This document shows, in pieces, positions 10,594 through 23,135 of a DNA stretch of 64,000 nucleotides (position 1 is its first letter; each line of letters starts with the position of its first letter). The DNA comes from Nitrospirales bacterium (GTDB lineage Bacteria > Nitrospirota > Nitrospiria > Nitrospirales > UBA8639), in the NCBI GenBank assembly GCA_965203295.1, contig CBDBCZ010000017.1, forward strand, positions 1,568,001 through 1,632,000, in the 5' to 3' direction. The notes below the pieces were generated by a model. The model was given only the letters and a program-made list of their open reading frames with translations, was not told where the DNA came from and made no database searches. The position numbers and the translations under genes are program-made.

Positions 10594-12471
10594 CTATGAG
10601 GGGTTAAAAAGTTTCTCAATGATGGCTCTTTGGGCGAAGGAGCTGCAAGCCTTTTCAACTGATTGCTTCAAGGTTTCAACTTCTGCAGACATTGCTTGAG
10701 CCATTTTTCTGACAGCGTCGATGCTGTAGTGAGTTTGACAGTTGTATATCTTATCGCTGAAGAGTATTTCTATGAGCTTTTTACCAACTTCTGGATAGTC
10801 GATAGGATAGCCATTAGCTTGCGCAAACAACGATATCATGAAGGTGTAGAAAGGAGTTAAAATGGTGTTTGGGTGGTTATACGATGTTGTGTTAGGAGGT
10901 GAGAGTTGGGATGCTTGGAATGGCATATTATTTAATAGAGGGTCCACTGTTTTCATAACTTCGATTCCGAGGATTTCCGTCAGCATTCTATAACTCTGGG
11001 AGATATGATTCTTGTGGGTGTCTATAACGCTGACAAGATCGTGGAGATACTTGGTTATGTCCAGTCTGCAACAGCGCACCATATGTACTAGCATTGCCAA
11101 CCACTGTAGCATGGGTACGTAGGCCCATGCAGAGTAAGTAACTGACTCAATTGTCCTCAATTTACAGCCCACTTCCGCTATAATGTTGTTCAGCTGATGA
11201 CTGTCCATCAGTCCACTACAGATGTCAGTTACGCATCTGCATGCATTGTTGGCTGGAGTTCCGACTGGGTCCTTTCTTTCTGCTTGCCGTTCTTGAATCC
11301 GTCGCCGGGATGAAACGTTCCACTGTGTAGGCATGAGCACTTTATTGAATTGCGTGAAGGAATCCAGGCACTCTTCCACGTGTGGTTTCAACGCATCTAC
11401 ATCAAATGACTTTGATTCTGCCCTAGTTCGTATGTGTGCATGATACCCTGCTGCAAAGGTCGAGATGCTTTGCAAGGTTGATGAAATGAGCTGAGGATCG
11501 ATTATCGCTGTCTCGGTATCTATCTGATCGTGAAAGCAAGGCCACTGATGCACAATTGGAGTGTCCATTGCAAAGATGTGCTTCATATCTTCCCAGGTAG
11601 TCTTAATCATCACTCTCCATTCATGATCGTTTGCTGTTAGTCTCGAAAGCTCGTTCCTATAGAATATGTACTGGGTCTGCTTCACATAGAAAATGTGATC
11701 GAGGGTTTGGTTTGGGCCCTTGAGACTGGAAGGTACATCTGGAACTCCTGTCTCCACCACTAGAAGCTTTGCCAAGTCAATGCGTCCAATATGTTCCAGA
11801 CGTTGTACAAGATAGCCGTAGTTATGAGGGCCAAGGACCTCCTGGTTCTCAAGCTCACAAAAGAGTTTGTAGCCTTCCTTAATTTCCTCGCTTGAGGCTT
11901 CTGGGATAGAAGGACAGAGGAACAGCAGCTGCTGAATTTCATCAGTAGATAGATGATTGGAAATTTTTAGTAGCAAGAAACGGTGTGTTTCTACAGGTGT
12001 GCTGTTATCCGAGGCTCCATGCTGCAATCCTGAAAGTTTGCTAGCCAAATCCTGCCTTCCAATACACTGAAGCCATTCTTTGAGCTGGCTATGCTTATTC
12101 AGCCACAGAGATTTGCACCATTCCAGTTGCTGAAAGAGCTCTAAACCAGAACACACCTTTTCCGCAACCTCCTTGGGAATTATACCACCAGCCACAAACA
12201 GAAGACATTGGACATCTTTTCTGGTAAGTCTCCGTGCAATCTTCATCAATCTCAGTCTGTGCTTTGTCCTCTGGAGGCCATGAGCTTCGTTCCTGAGTTT
12301 TGATACTTTTGCTGTTTTTCTTCTTCGATCATTAGTACTGTGGCTTGGAGTTTTGAAACTGTACTTGTGCTTCGATCCATGAAACGAAGAGGTGCCCCGT
12401 TTAAGTTTACGACGGTTGAACTTCGGTCTACTCTGTTTGTCTAGCCTGCTTTTTGAACTGATGGAGGCCAT
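10594..12471 (-). CDS. Intronless tandem death-effector-domain (DED) protein with basic N-terminus and unrecognised helical C-terminus
   Basis: Two DEDs: HRLRLMKIARRLTRKDVQCLLF...LQCIGRQDL and HRFLLLKISNHLSTDEIQQLLFLC...LEHIGRIDL (RxDL motif); no QACxG caspase motif. Confidence 0.85.
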   Translation of the reverse strand: MASISSKSRLDKQSRPKFNRRKLKRGTSSFHGSKHKYSFKTPSHSTNDRRRKTAKVSKLRNEAHGLQRTKHRLRLMKIARRLTRKDVQCLLFVAGGIIPKEVAEKVCSGLELFQQLEWCKSLWLNKHSQLKEWLQCIGRQDLASKLSGLQHGASDNSTPVETHRFLLLKISNHLSTDEIQQLLFLCPSIPEASSEEIKEGYKLFCELENQEVLGPHNYGYLVQRLEHIGRIDLAKLLVVETGVPDVPSSLKGPNQTLDHIFYVKQTQYIFYRNELSRLTANDHEWRVMIKTTWEDMKHIFAMDTPIVHQWPCFHDQIDTETAIIDPQLISSTLQSISTFAAGYHAHIRTRAESKSFDVDALKPHVEECLDSFTQFNKVLMPTQWNVSSRRRIQERQAERKDPVGTPANNACRCVTDICSGLMDSHQLNNIIAEVGCKLRTIESVTYSAWAYVPMLQWLAMLVHMVRCCRLDITKYLHDLVSVIDTHKNHISQSYRMLTEILGIEVMKTVDPLLNNMPFQASQLSPPNTTSYNHPNTILTPFYTFMISLFAQANGYPIDYPEVGKKLIEILFSDKIYNCQTHYSIDAVRKMAQAMSAEVETLKQSVEKACSSFAQRAIIEKLFNPS

Positions 12472-13324
12472 TCTCAAATGACAGCTTTGTCTGAAAGTGG
12501 TGAGTTACATCTAAGATATAAACCTAGTTGTTTACATCATAGAGGTTGCAGCACTGTCCAAGAAGAGGTTGCAACACTGTCCAAAAATGCATTGGGATGT
12601 CCCCTCTTAGTATATATAGCCCTCTTAAATGACATGTATAGCTATTTTTATTGGCACAGTGCTTGCTGGGGGAAACCTTTCCTATTTGGTTTCCAAATAT
12701 TTGAGCATTCAGCTCCCATTACTAATTTACGTAGTAGAGTAATCTTTATACCTTTATGATGTAATGTGGGTAAACGTAGACACAATTTAACATGCGTGTG
12801 TTTGCATGTGCTTTTATGTTTACATATGCATGCATGAAAGTACACGAATGTGCATGAGACCATCCTCCCTGCATTCTTTAATTACCCAGGATGGTCTCCG
12901 TAAATGCACTGCACGGATTTGTAGCTGCTCGATCGCGAGCTGTATTAAACACATAGCATGCACTGTTAGCCTCGTGACCAGACTATGGCGCTGTGATGTA
13001 TAGGTAGTTTGTGAAAGCTTTGCTGTACGAGTTGTTTAGCTTGTTTTACGAAAGTGCGTCCTACATGATTGTTTTTTTTTTCCCTCACTTTTTGGTAAAG
13101 TGGTTTTTATGTAACTTTTTCCATAGTAACAGAATGTAGTGCATGGCAGCGTACATCTTGTTAAATTATGAAATGCATAATATCAGGAATACAAGTGTAT
13201 GACAGTGGAGTGGAATGTATGTGTTCTTGATGAAACATATAAGTATTACTGCATTCGTGTATAGAACAAAATACCAACAAGTTAATAATATAATAGTAGC
13301 TATAGACTTCAACTGAAAAGATGA

Positions 13325-16300
13325 CTAGAAAATATTTAGTGAATACAAGGAATACACCACTGTTCCAGTAATAATGCTGAAGTATGAACCAATGGTGGTG
13401 GGTAGAGCACTGGACATATCGTCGCCAGTAGCTGATGGGGCTGTACTGTTTAGGAGACGATTACAACAGTCGAGAGGCTGAAAGCCCGTACAGACATCTG
13501 GTGCCTCATATGCACACTGAGCATCAGGGTAGGTAGTTAGCCCATTGAGCCGGGTTTGATCATTCTGTAACGTTTTAAAATGAAGACATTGAATAATCAC
13601 TGCATGGGATTGAGACACTTTAGCTTTTCCCAGTGGGTAGGATTCATGATAAAAATATTTCTTCAATTCCAACCTGAAATTCAGCAAAAGTTTTTACCGA
13701 TATTTCTACCCAGCATTACGTTAAGTCCTCTGGCCAGGAAGACAACACTGTTACAGTAAAAACACACTTGCAACTGGCACACTTGCAACTGGCCTGCATG
13801 GCTTTTTTTCAACATTGTAGCCAAAACATTGATAACCTGACACTTGCAACTGGCCTGCATGGCTTTTTTTTCAACATTGTAGCCAAAACATTGATAACCT
13901 CTGACAGACAGAAATTCTGCTGAAAGTTGGGTTGGAATTAATGAAACTATGCTCAAAACTTTGTACAGAAAAATCTGATACTTTTAATTAAGTGTTGGGC
14001 TTCACTTACGAAACAGATGTAAATTCCATTATTGCTTAGCACAGAATCTTGCAGATCTTGTATGGCATCAGGTGTCCAGTCGACTTGGTCCAGAACCGTC
14101 CTGATTCCAGCCTCATCATCCGAACCAAGGCTTTGGAAGAGCTGGCCACGTTCATTTGCCCTATCAGTTGAAAACCATGCACCCATGACTAGTTATGCAG
14201 GAGGTAATATAAGTTATGATTATTATTACATTTCTTATGATCAAACTTACGAGAGGTGTTGCTCAGTGAAGGGTGTGTATGCAGCAGGCACTTGCGGTAT
14301 AGATCCACACTCACCCATTTGAATGCGAGGATAGTAAATTAGAAAACTTAAGCACATTTCATCATGTGTCCTTTCACCTCCCTGCATGAAATCAGAATTT
14401 GTGAAACTTGACTTGCTAGTTTTGATAAATAGCATACCACATAGCATTAATAATGCTTACTAGAGTCACGTTTGAGTTTTCGGTTGTTCTGTAGAAACAT
14501 TTCAGAGCTAGTGAATCCCCCTGCATGGGGAAAAATAATTTACTGGTCATCATATTTGTTGACATGATCAAGAGACATTTTGTGGGAGTCCTAAGAATAC
14601 TTACAGGAAGAACCTGGACTTTTCTTGGCAAAATGTTGAATTGCTGTAATAACATCAAAGTATAATAGTAAGAGTTCTTTTGATTGGGGTAAGACCATGC
14701 ATGTAGAGTATACCTGAAGATTAAAATCGTATTTCAAGTTGCTGTCAATGGGCTCTAATTCTTCCAGGACACCGCACTCTTCATTGGGCCTGAAGTGCTG
14801 CAGCACTAGTCCATGTCCTGTAAAAAAAAAGAGATACCATCAACAGTACTGTGAGTGAATTTTGGATGGGTAAAGATTTAGCAGTAATGCCATATAGTGG
14901 TCATAGAAATAATAATATCTGCATTGTAGCATGAGTATTAATTTATCTCCTCATGCATTCAGTTTCCAGGCACAGGTAAACACACAATAGCCTCGTACAA
15001 AAAAAGAGAAAGCTGGGGAGTTGAGTCTAGAAACGAGGCTATATATAAGTACTATGTGATATTTAGTATCATGATTATAATAACAGGAGTGCATGAACAT
15101 ATAATATTATAGTGATAAGGGTAGTGCCGTACTAAGCAATCTTTATCTTGTTTTGGTTACAAAAATGTACTCTCAAGCCAGATTAGGACTTTACAAATTC
15201 CTTATATGGCATTGTTACAGTAGCAGCTCTACTCTACAAGATGTGGTTCTATGAAGTTACACTAATGCTCCTGATAATGTTTCTAGATATACATACCTAC
15301 AAGATGTGTGCTATACTTGCAAATTGCATGACTATATCAGTACTATAGGACACCATGTGATAATGATTATTATAGCAGGAGCACATGAACATAGTGATAA
15401 GAGTAGTGCCGTACTAAGTGGATCTTTTTCTTGTTTTGTTTGCAAATTTTAAGTGTACTGTCAAGCCAGATTAGGTATTTACGAATTCCTTATATTACAG
15501 TAGCAGCTCTACTCTACAAAATGTGGTTCTATGGAGTTACACACTAATGCTCCTGATAACATTTTTAGATGTACATACCTACAAGATGTGTGTGAAGCAA
15601 ATTTCCAAATATTGTGATACCATCATCCGGTATAGTCTAAATGGGAGGAGAATCATCATGCAGTGGGGTTAATGTTGTGTTTAAATATAGGACTTGAAGT
15701 GTATAGCACTTACGTTTTGTGTGCAAGCAGCAGGACAAACAGATTCTATTACATAATTGTCCGCTTTCGGAGGGATGACCATATTACTTGTAACTAAATG
15801 CCCCAGCACGAGTATTCCTGCCTCAACCGCTGGGGGGTTGCTTGAATAGAAAAATTCAAGTCCAGAACTGTCAAGAACTCCTAATATTAAAGGAAGAGCA
15901 AAGTTGTTTTTTTAAATGAATAAATAGTACAATGTCATAATATTAATTTTATATACACGATAGTACTGTCAGTAGATTCACCTGTTCTCAGCAGTGGATT
16001 GTCATAGTGCATTTCAAGAACCAAATACTCTGCATTGCCAGGACCCCCAATCGGGTAGGCTACATTTTCTGGATAGACGACATCCTACAAACAAGAAGGT
16101 ATAATTCTGGTATTTGCATGCATGTGTAACAAATCCGCTCCAACGGACTGCCATGTTTCCCAACGCTCCGCTGCGACGGGCGCTCCAACTCTAGCGCTCC
16201 GCTGCGACGGGCGCACCAACCCTGGCGCTCCGCTGCGACGGACGCACTCGCTGGCTGACTCACCCAATATGGACAAACTCTCTAGTACAGACTCAGTACA

Positions 16301-17762
16301 GACTCAGTACAGACTTATTTATACAAAAAACACCTAGCAACCAACATCACACCTAAAACATACAGTAAACACATAACTGTCAGTATCACCTATTAACATG
16401 TCTCTATAGCCTAAGTTATCAGCTAAAGTCCTAATTGTCACACATGCATGATCACAACCTCGTACATGCACAGCTTCTCTGCCAAACGTATATTATACTT
16501 ACCACTCCTCCCACTGCCCACGCTCCACCAACGGCAGTTCTACAGTTCCTCAAGTCATCAGGAGCATTATCACAGTGTGCACCGCTGCTTGCAAGAGTGT
16601 CAGGCTCAAGAAAGTTACAGTGGTATACCACAATGTGATGAACATGTGGAAAGCTGTCCTCAGTTATGGTGGGTGAAAACTGCATAAGTAAGAAGATTAT
16701 GAATCACTGTTTGTAGTTATGCTTTACGATTAATTAAAACTACATAAATAAAAAAAAATTACTAACCTTAAAGATGTACTGCTCCTGTGCCCTCACTTCA
16801 GCTGGTAACTGAAAGCCTGAACACCAGTAGGTAGTGTCTCTGTCACCTGGAATTGTTATCTATGTGTGTGCATGAAAGTAGGCGAAAGAATTGGGTCTTT
16901 CACCAAGTTGAATACACGATTTGTATGATATGATACTTGTATATAGACTGATATGCTTACGTTAGTATTTCGGATTGTGAATGACTTTGTATCTGGTGGA
17001 TTCGGCCGTTCGTTATTCAGCCCTCCAAGAAGATTGAGACTGGTGGTTCCTCGTGACTGATGCTGTCTAATTTCACCTAGTACATCTGAGGGATTGAATG
17101 AATTCCAGCTCCAAATTACACGAGTTGTGTCAGCCTGTATGAAAGAGAAAGATAACAGTCCGTGCATCTTAATATAAGAGCATTAATTGCGCTATTATAA
17201 TGAAAGTACATGTAGCTGTATGGTAAACCCACAAAATACGGACATATACAATCACTGACCAAAATATTGACATCTTTGTCATCACAGGAAGTTAGGTTTC
17301 TGGAGAATTCAAGGATGGTGACTCCATTCTCTTGCTCGCCGCTTATCAGAAACCAGTCCTGGCTTGCATCAATCGGAGGTAGGGCTTGCTGCTCGGCATA
17401 GCGATCCTGCAAACAGAAGCAACGAAACAGACAGTAACAGTTAACACGGAAACACTGCCCCGCTCGCATTGATGGTAGTAACTTACATGGAATTGCACGG
17501 TTCCGTCGCTCTCGACCCATCCGATCACCACATCTGATCCAACCATGCCACCATCGGGAGAGATTCCGAATCCCACCCAGCCAGTCGTTTGCACGCGAAC
17601 GGCGAATGAGATGGTTTGCGCACTCAAGTCGTAGTTCCAGTGGAGTTCGTACAGTCCATCGCGGTCCAGAATAGCCGAAAAGCGGTATTCCTGCGATAAA
17701 TCGTGCGCACCGTAAACAGTCAGCGCAAGAAGGGAAAGCGTTACCACAGTCCCTAGCGTCAT
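13325..17762 (-). CDS. MOXD1: DBH-like monooxygenase copy 2, complete (14 exons), with hydrophobic C-terminal anchor
   Basis: Same exons as copy 1 (offset 14072/13798) plus last exon 13564-13325 (NDQTRL...YFSIITGTVVYSLYSLNIF*), phase-compatible. Confidence 0.9.
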
Positions 17763-18575
17763 GGTTTGTATTCTTGTCGCTAAGATATACTCGGCTGGTA
17801 CCTGTGTCTGTACTATAGACCGTCTGCGGTTAATTGCATCAGGTATACTCGGCTGGTACCTGAGTCTGTACTATAGACCGTCTGCGGTTAATTGCATCAT
17901 TTCCTGTTGTGTGTAGGTAGTAAAGATAGAGTATCTATGATATCACACACACATGATCATGTAGACTGGCTCCACCGGACTAATGACCATGATGTAAGAT
18001 GAAAGTATGATTACAAATTGATCACCAGATGATGCAATACGTTCCCAATCAACTTGTTTTTGCACACACACACACACACACACATAAAAATGCAATACAA
18101 ATTCTATTTCTACCGCTAAGCGGTCACTCGCACCTGGCAAAGCCAGGCTGCTTGTGCACTAAGCAAGCACTATGAGCCAGTGCTGGCAAACTCCTGGAAC
18201 CGGGCTAGGAACTCACAGGAGGACTGACTACTTCTCTCTGGTGTGGGCAGCCGAAGTCCCACACCCTTCGCTGTCTGGTTTGAAAGTTCATTTTGAGTAC
18301 CTCATTAACTCTAGCTACATTAAATTTATCTTGAATATTCATACAAGATAATCAGCACAATTATGCTATAGGTTAATTAATAACCTCTAATCAAAATGAT
18401 AAATGAATCCTTTTAAGAAATTTACAATGCTCTTCCTGACATTTTCTTCCTCCGACTGTGGTCCGGTGAACTTCCACCCCCAGTACCTATGGTCTGTACC
18501 ACTACCACTACCTCCATAGCCTTCTCGCAGCCAGCTTAGAGGAAAACTGGGAGAACTGTCCCAACCATATTTGGA

Positions 18576-19094
18576 CTAGTTGTACTGGTACTCATGATAC
18601 TCGGCGCCACGCAGATCGATCCTTACTTTCACAGACACCACAGGCGTTCCCGAGAAATAGCGCTTCTCCATCACTTCTCGATTAACAGAATCTGCAGCAA
18701 ATATGTCCCAATCGTAACCTGGAACTTGTACTGCAAAGGTTTCTATTTTCCCCCACAGAAATTCAATATTAAACTTCCAGTCACCGGGTGCCTCACGTCC
18801 GAGGGAATTGACTACAAAATTATCTTTAGGAGATACATTCAGGTTGACACTGGCTGAGTCGGCAATGATATCCCTATAAAAAGTCACAGCGTCAGGAATT
18901 CTGGCTAGTACTTCCACGGGAATTGTAAGGTCAGAAGATGCAGAATCATCAGGGCTCTTAATAAGGGTCACTGTCCCATTCTCCTGACAGGAGACGATGT
19001 AGGACTCGGAGTCCCTATACTCACTAAAGGCCACAACGTCACCATGACACAACTCATAACTAACGCTTCTACGCCGGCTGCACTCGTAGGACAT
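18576..19094 (-). CDS. Hypothetical protein (172 aa), copy 2
   Basis: Identical translation to 4504-5022. Confidence 0.45.
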   Translation of the reverse strand: MSYECSRRRSVSYELCHGDVVAFSEYRDSESYIVSCQENGTVTLIKSPDDSASSDLTIPVEVLARIPDAVTFYRDIIADSASVNLNVSPKDNFVVNSLGREAPGDWKFNIEFLWGKIETFAVQVPGYDWDIFAADSVNREVMEKRYFSGTPVVSVKVRIDLRGAEYHEYQYN

Positions 19095-19613
19095 TCAGAG
19101 TCATACAGCCTTAAGTATTTAGCAGCTTCTGCGGGACACTTCGTATCTTTGCTGGGCTCTTGAGAGGCCATCGAACTCTTCAAGCCGCCGTATATAGTTC
19201 TAAGTCTCGTGATCAGGCAGCGTCTAGTTAACTAGTTACGTGATCTGTGAGTAGGCAGCAGCGTGTAACGCCAAGAGCAAGGCACGCCACCGGCAAGGCA
19301 CTGGCGTTTACCGGACCGGACACGGCGCTACCGTAAATGACTTGCACTCATAAGTCTAATTATGCGATTCCTGCGTTATATATTACAGAGTAGGCTCGTA
19401 TCCTATATGCGAGGCTATATCACAGAGATCCATGGTGCCCTACATAATTTGGTGAGTGGCATGCACGATCGCAGATCAACAGTAATCTCGCGAAGCCAAT
19501 CAAAGCAGTCATAAATGTAGAAGGTGAACTGACTGGCTTTGTTTGGCTCACTGGAGAATATTGTATGCGTCTGTTTTCATGTGTTTTCAAGTCTCTCAGA
19601 GCACCTCCATGAA

Positions 19614-21035
19614 TGTGACACTAGTACAGCATTGACCATGGTTTGCCTTGCTCGTGGCAGTGTAGGAGGCTGCCATGAGCAAGGCAGTTTATTCTGTAGT
19701 ACGGTTGCTTGTACTCTGAGCCTTATTTCAATGGTATACCCAAGCCTCCGTTGTGACACTAGTACGTACAGCATTGACCATGGTTTGCCTTGCTCGTGGC
19801 AGTGTAGGAGACTGCCACGAGCAAGGCAGTTATTCTGTAGGACGGTTGCTTGTACTCTGAGCCTTATTTAAATGGTACCCAAGCCTCCGTTGTGACACTA
19901 GTACAGCATTAACCATGATTTGCCTTGCTCATGGCAGTGTAGGAGACTGCCATGAGCAAGGCAGATGTCATGTAGTACGGTTGCTTATCCTCTGAGCCTT
20001 ATTGTAACCGTACCCGAGGCCTCAGTTGTGACACTAGTACATCATTGACCATGGTTTGCCTTGCTCGTGGCAGTGTAGGAGACTGCCACGAGCAAGGCAG
20101 TTATTCATTGACCATGGTTTGCCTTGCTCATGGCAGTGTAGGAGACTGCCATGAGCAAGGCAGATGTCATGTAGTACGGTTGCTTATCCTCTGAGCCTTA
20201 TTGTAACCGTACCCGAGGCCTCCGTTGTCACACTAGTACATCATTGACCATGGTTTGCCTTGCTCATGGCAGTGTAGGAGACTGCCACGAGCAAGGCAGT
20301 TTTTCTGTGGAACGGTTGCTTGTCTGAGCCTTATTTAAATGGTACCCGAGGCCTCCGTTGTGACACTAGTACATCATTGACCATGGTTTGCCTTGCTCGT
20401 GGCAGTGTAGGAGACTGCCACGAGCAAGGCAGTTATTCTGTAGGACGGTTGCTTGTACTCTGAGCCTTATTTAAATGGTACCCAAGCCTCCGTTGTGACA
20501 CTAGTACAGCATTAACCATGATTTGCCTTGCTCGTGGCAGTGTAGGAGACTGCCATGAGCAAGGCAGATGTCATGTAGTACGATTGCTTATCCTCTGAGC
20601 CTTATTGTAACCGTACCCGAGGCCTCAGTTGTGACACTAGTACATCATTGACCATGGTTTGCCTTGCTCGTGGCAGTGTAGGAGACTGCCACGAGCAAGG
20701 CAGTTATTCATTGACCATGGTTTGCCTTGCTCATGGCAGTGTAGGAGACTGCCATGAGCAAGGCAGATGTCATGTAGTACGGTTGCTTATCCTCTGAGCC
20801 TTATTGTAACCGTACCCGAGGCCTCCGTTGTCACACTAGTACATCATTGACCATGGTTTGCCTTGCTCATGGCAGTGTAGGAGACTGCCACGAGCAAGGC
20901 AGTTTTTCTGTGGAACGGTTGCTTGTCTGAGCCTTATTTAAATGGTACCCGAGGCCTCCGTTGTGACACTAGTACATCATTGACCATGGTTTGCCTTGCT
21001 CGTGGCAGTGTAGGAGACTGCCACGAGCAAGGCAG
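19614..21035 (+). repeat. Hairpin tandem array, 12 hairpins
   Basis: Same as 6486-7970 minus one 63-bp unit. Confidence 0.95.
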
Positions 21036-21546
21036 ACACTAGTATAATTTAGTACGGTTTGCCTTTCTGTGTTTATACTGCGTAATATCACTACTGTTTC
21101 CTGTAGGACAAGATGAAGTTTATTATGGAGTGATACACTGCACCACTGAGCTGTGTTGGTTATTCACATTTTGGAACATAATAGGCTCATATACAGAGCC
21201 ATCCAGAATGCTGGCAGTCAGTACTTGTAGTAGGGAAACCACCCCCATTCTTGGTTTCAGCTGTGATCAAATGTAATTGCCAATTACAGCTGAATGTTGA
21301 CATCATTGAAGCAGCTGAAAGCACATGGTTTAGAAAACTCTCCAGCTGCATGCTATTTTTTGTTGAGAATCAGTATTGAACATGTGTGTCTGCCTTTGGA
21401 TGACTACGCAGTATTGAAACGAGATGTCATCTAATCGGTTGGTTGAAGTATTTTTGATTTGGTATAATTATGATCATATAGCAAGTCTGTACACGTATAT
21501 TTCACCATATTATGCCCTACAACTTTATATAGCTAGTGGGAGTTGG

Positions 21547-23135
21547 ATGAACATGGCTGCAGATGCACAGTCCCTGCATGGAAATGGTATGCTCATCAGT
21601 GCATGGCAGTTAAACTGTACTAAACAAGTTACAGTAAACATGTTACCTCACTGTATAGCTACAGTATAGTTAATGGAAAACAATAAACTCTTTATTCAGT
21701 CATCAGTGCCTCAGATGATGAGGTACCCCCAGCTAAGAGAAGCAAAAGGGTATCACCTTTCATTGGTCCAATGTCAGAGACCACATACAGCATGCTGTAT
21801 AGGCTTCTTGAAGGGAACTCTGACAATGATCCAGATGTTGTGCAATTTGCAAAGCAATACAGGAAAGCACTGTATAAAGATGGCAACACCAAGAAACCAA
21901 TATATCATTTCATTGAAAATGAGCAGGGAAATCCTGCAATTGGTAAGTGTGATGGAGGGAGAATGAAGGAAGTTGTTCATAAGCAGAGAGCAATAGAAAT
22001 AGTTGAGAGCATTCATAGACCAGGTGGAAAGGGATGCAGGCCAGGGAGGCAGAAGCTGGTCAGGAAAACTTTTATGGAGAAATACTGTATTAGTGGTATT
22101 ACACAAATTGTCAATGACGTGTTAGCAAGTTGTACTGGTACCTGTAAGGAGACAATCAGATTGTCTGTGCAGCACCCACCTCCTACCCCTATCAGAACGA
22201 GTGCAGTAATGGAACGCATACAAATTGATATCACTGAAGTGTATGGTCCATCAAGTCCTTTTCTAGAATCAGCTTCACATCCATACAGTATGATTCTAGT
22301 TATCAAGGATTGCTTTTCTAAATTTTGTTGGTTAACACCAATAAAGAATAAAGAGGCTAGTACAGTTGCAAGTGTCCTAACTGGAGTATTCCGCACGTAC
22401 GGCTGCCCACAAATTCTACAAAGTGATAATGGGGGAGAATTCATAGCAAAAGTGATTAAAACCCTCTGTGCTAACTTCAATGTGACGATCAAGCATGGTA
22501 GTCCATACAAACCTCAAACCCAAGGGCAGATTGAAAATCTTAACAAGCGAGTGAAGAGATATCTTGCAGCACGACTGCTAGATTTTGCACCACAAGAACA
22601 AACAAATGTGTGGCCAGTACTTTTGCCGGAAATCTCAAATGTCATTAACAATACTTATCATTTCACGACCCAGAGCACACCATTTCATATTTTTTTCGGT
22701 AGACCATCAAGGTTGTACTCCGAGAATTCAGATATGTGGCCTTCAGATGATATTCTAGTTGGAGAGGGATTCGATGATTCTGAAGTATATAGTTTCAGCA
22801 CAGCTGATTTGAGTGACTCCACACAGCAACCAGTGTTTCAAGATTTGCCTAGTAAACACAAGGATGTCTTCAGCTCAGTTACGACGACAGCTGAGACTGA
22901 ATCACTCCTTTACAGCCTAATAGAGCGTGAAGTCATGCAGTCAAATGTGATCGAGTCTGCTGAGAGAATGGCAATGACTAATTACTTTGCTCATGTTCGC
23001 AAACTGGATTTTGATAGTACGATTACTATTTCACGATTTTTACTGATCTGTATCACACTGCAATTTTTACTGCACACCGACAGGTATTTAACATGCAAAA
23101 AAAGAAATTCTGTTCCTATGATTCCCTTTCCTTAA
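21547..23135 (+). CDS. Ginger-like DDE integrase, copy 2
   Basis: Identical translation to copy 1; DDE motifs intact. Confidence 0.85.
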
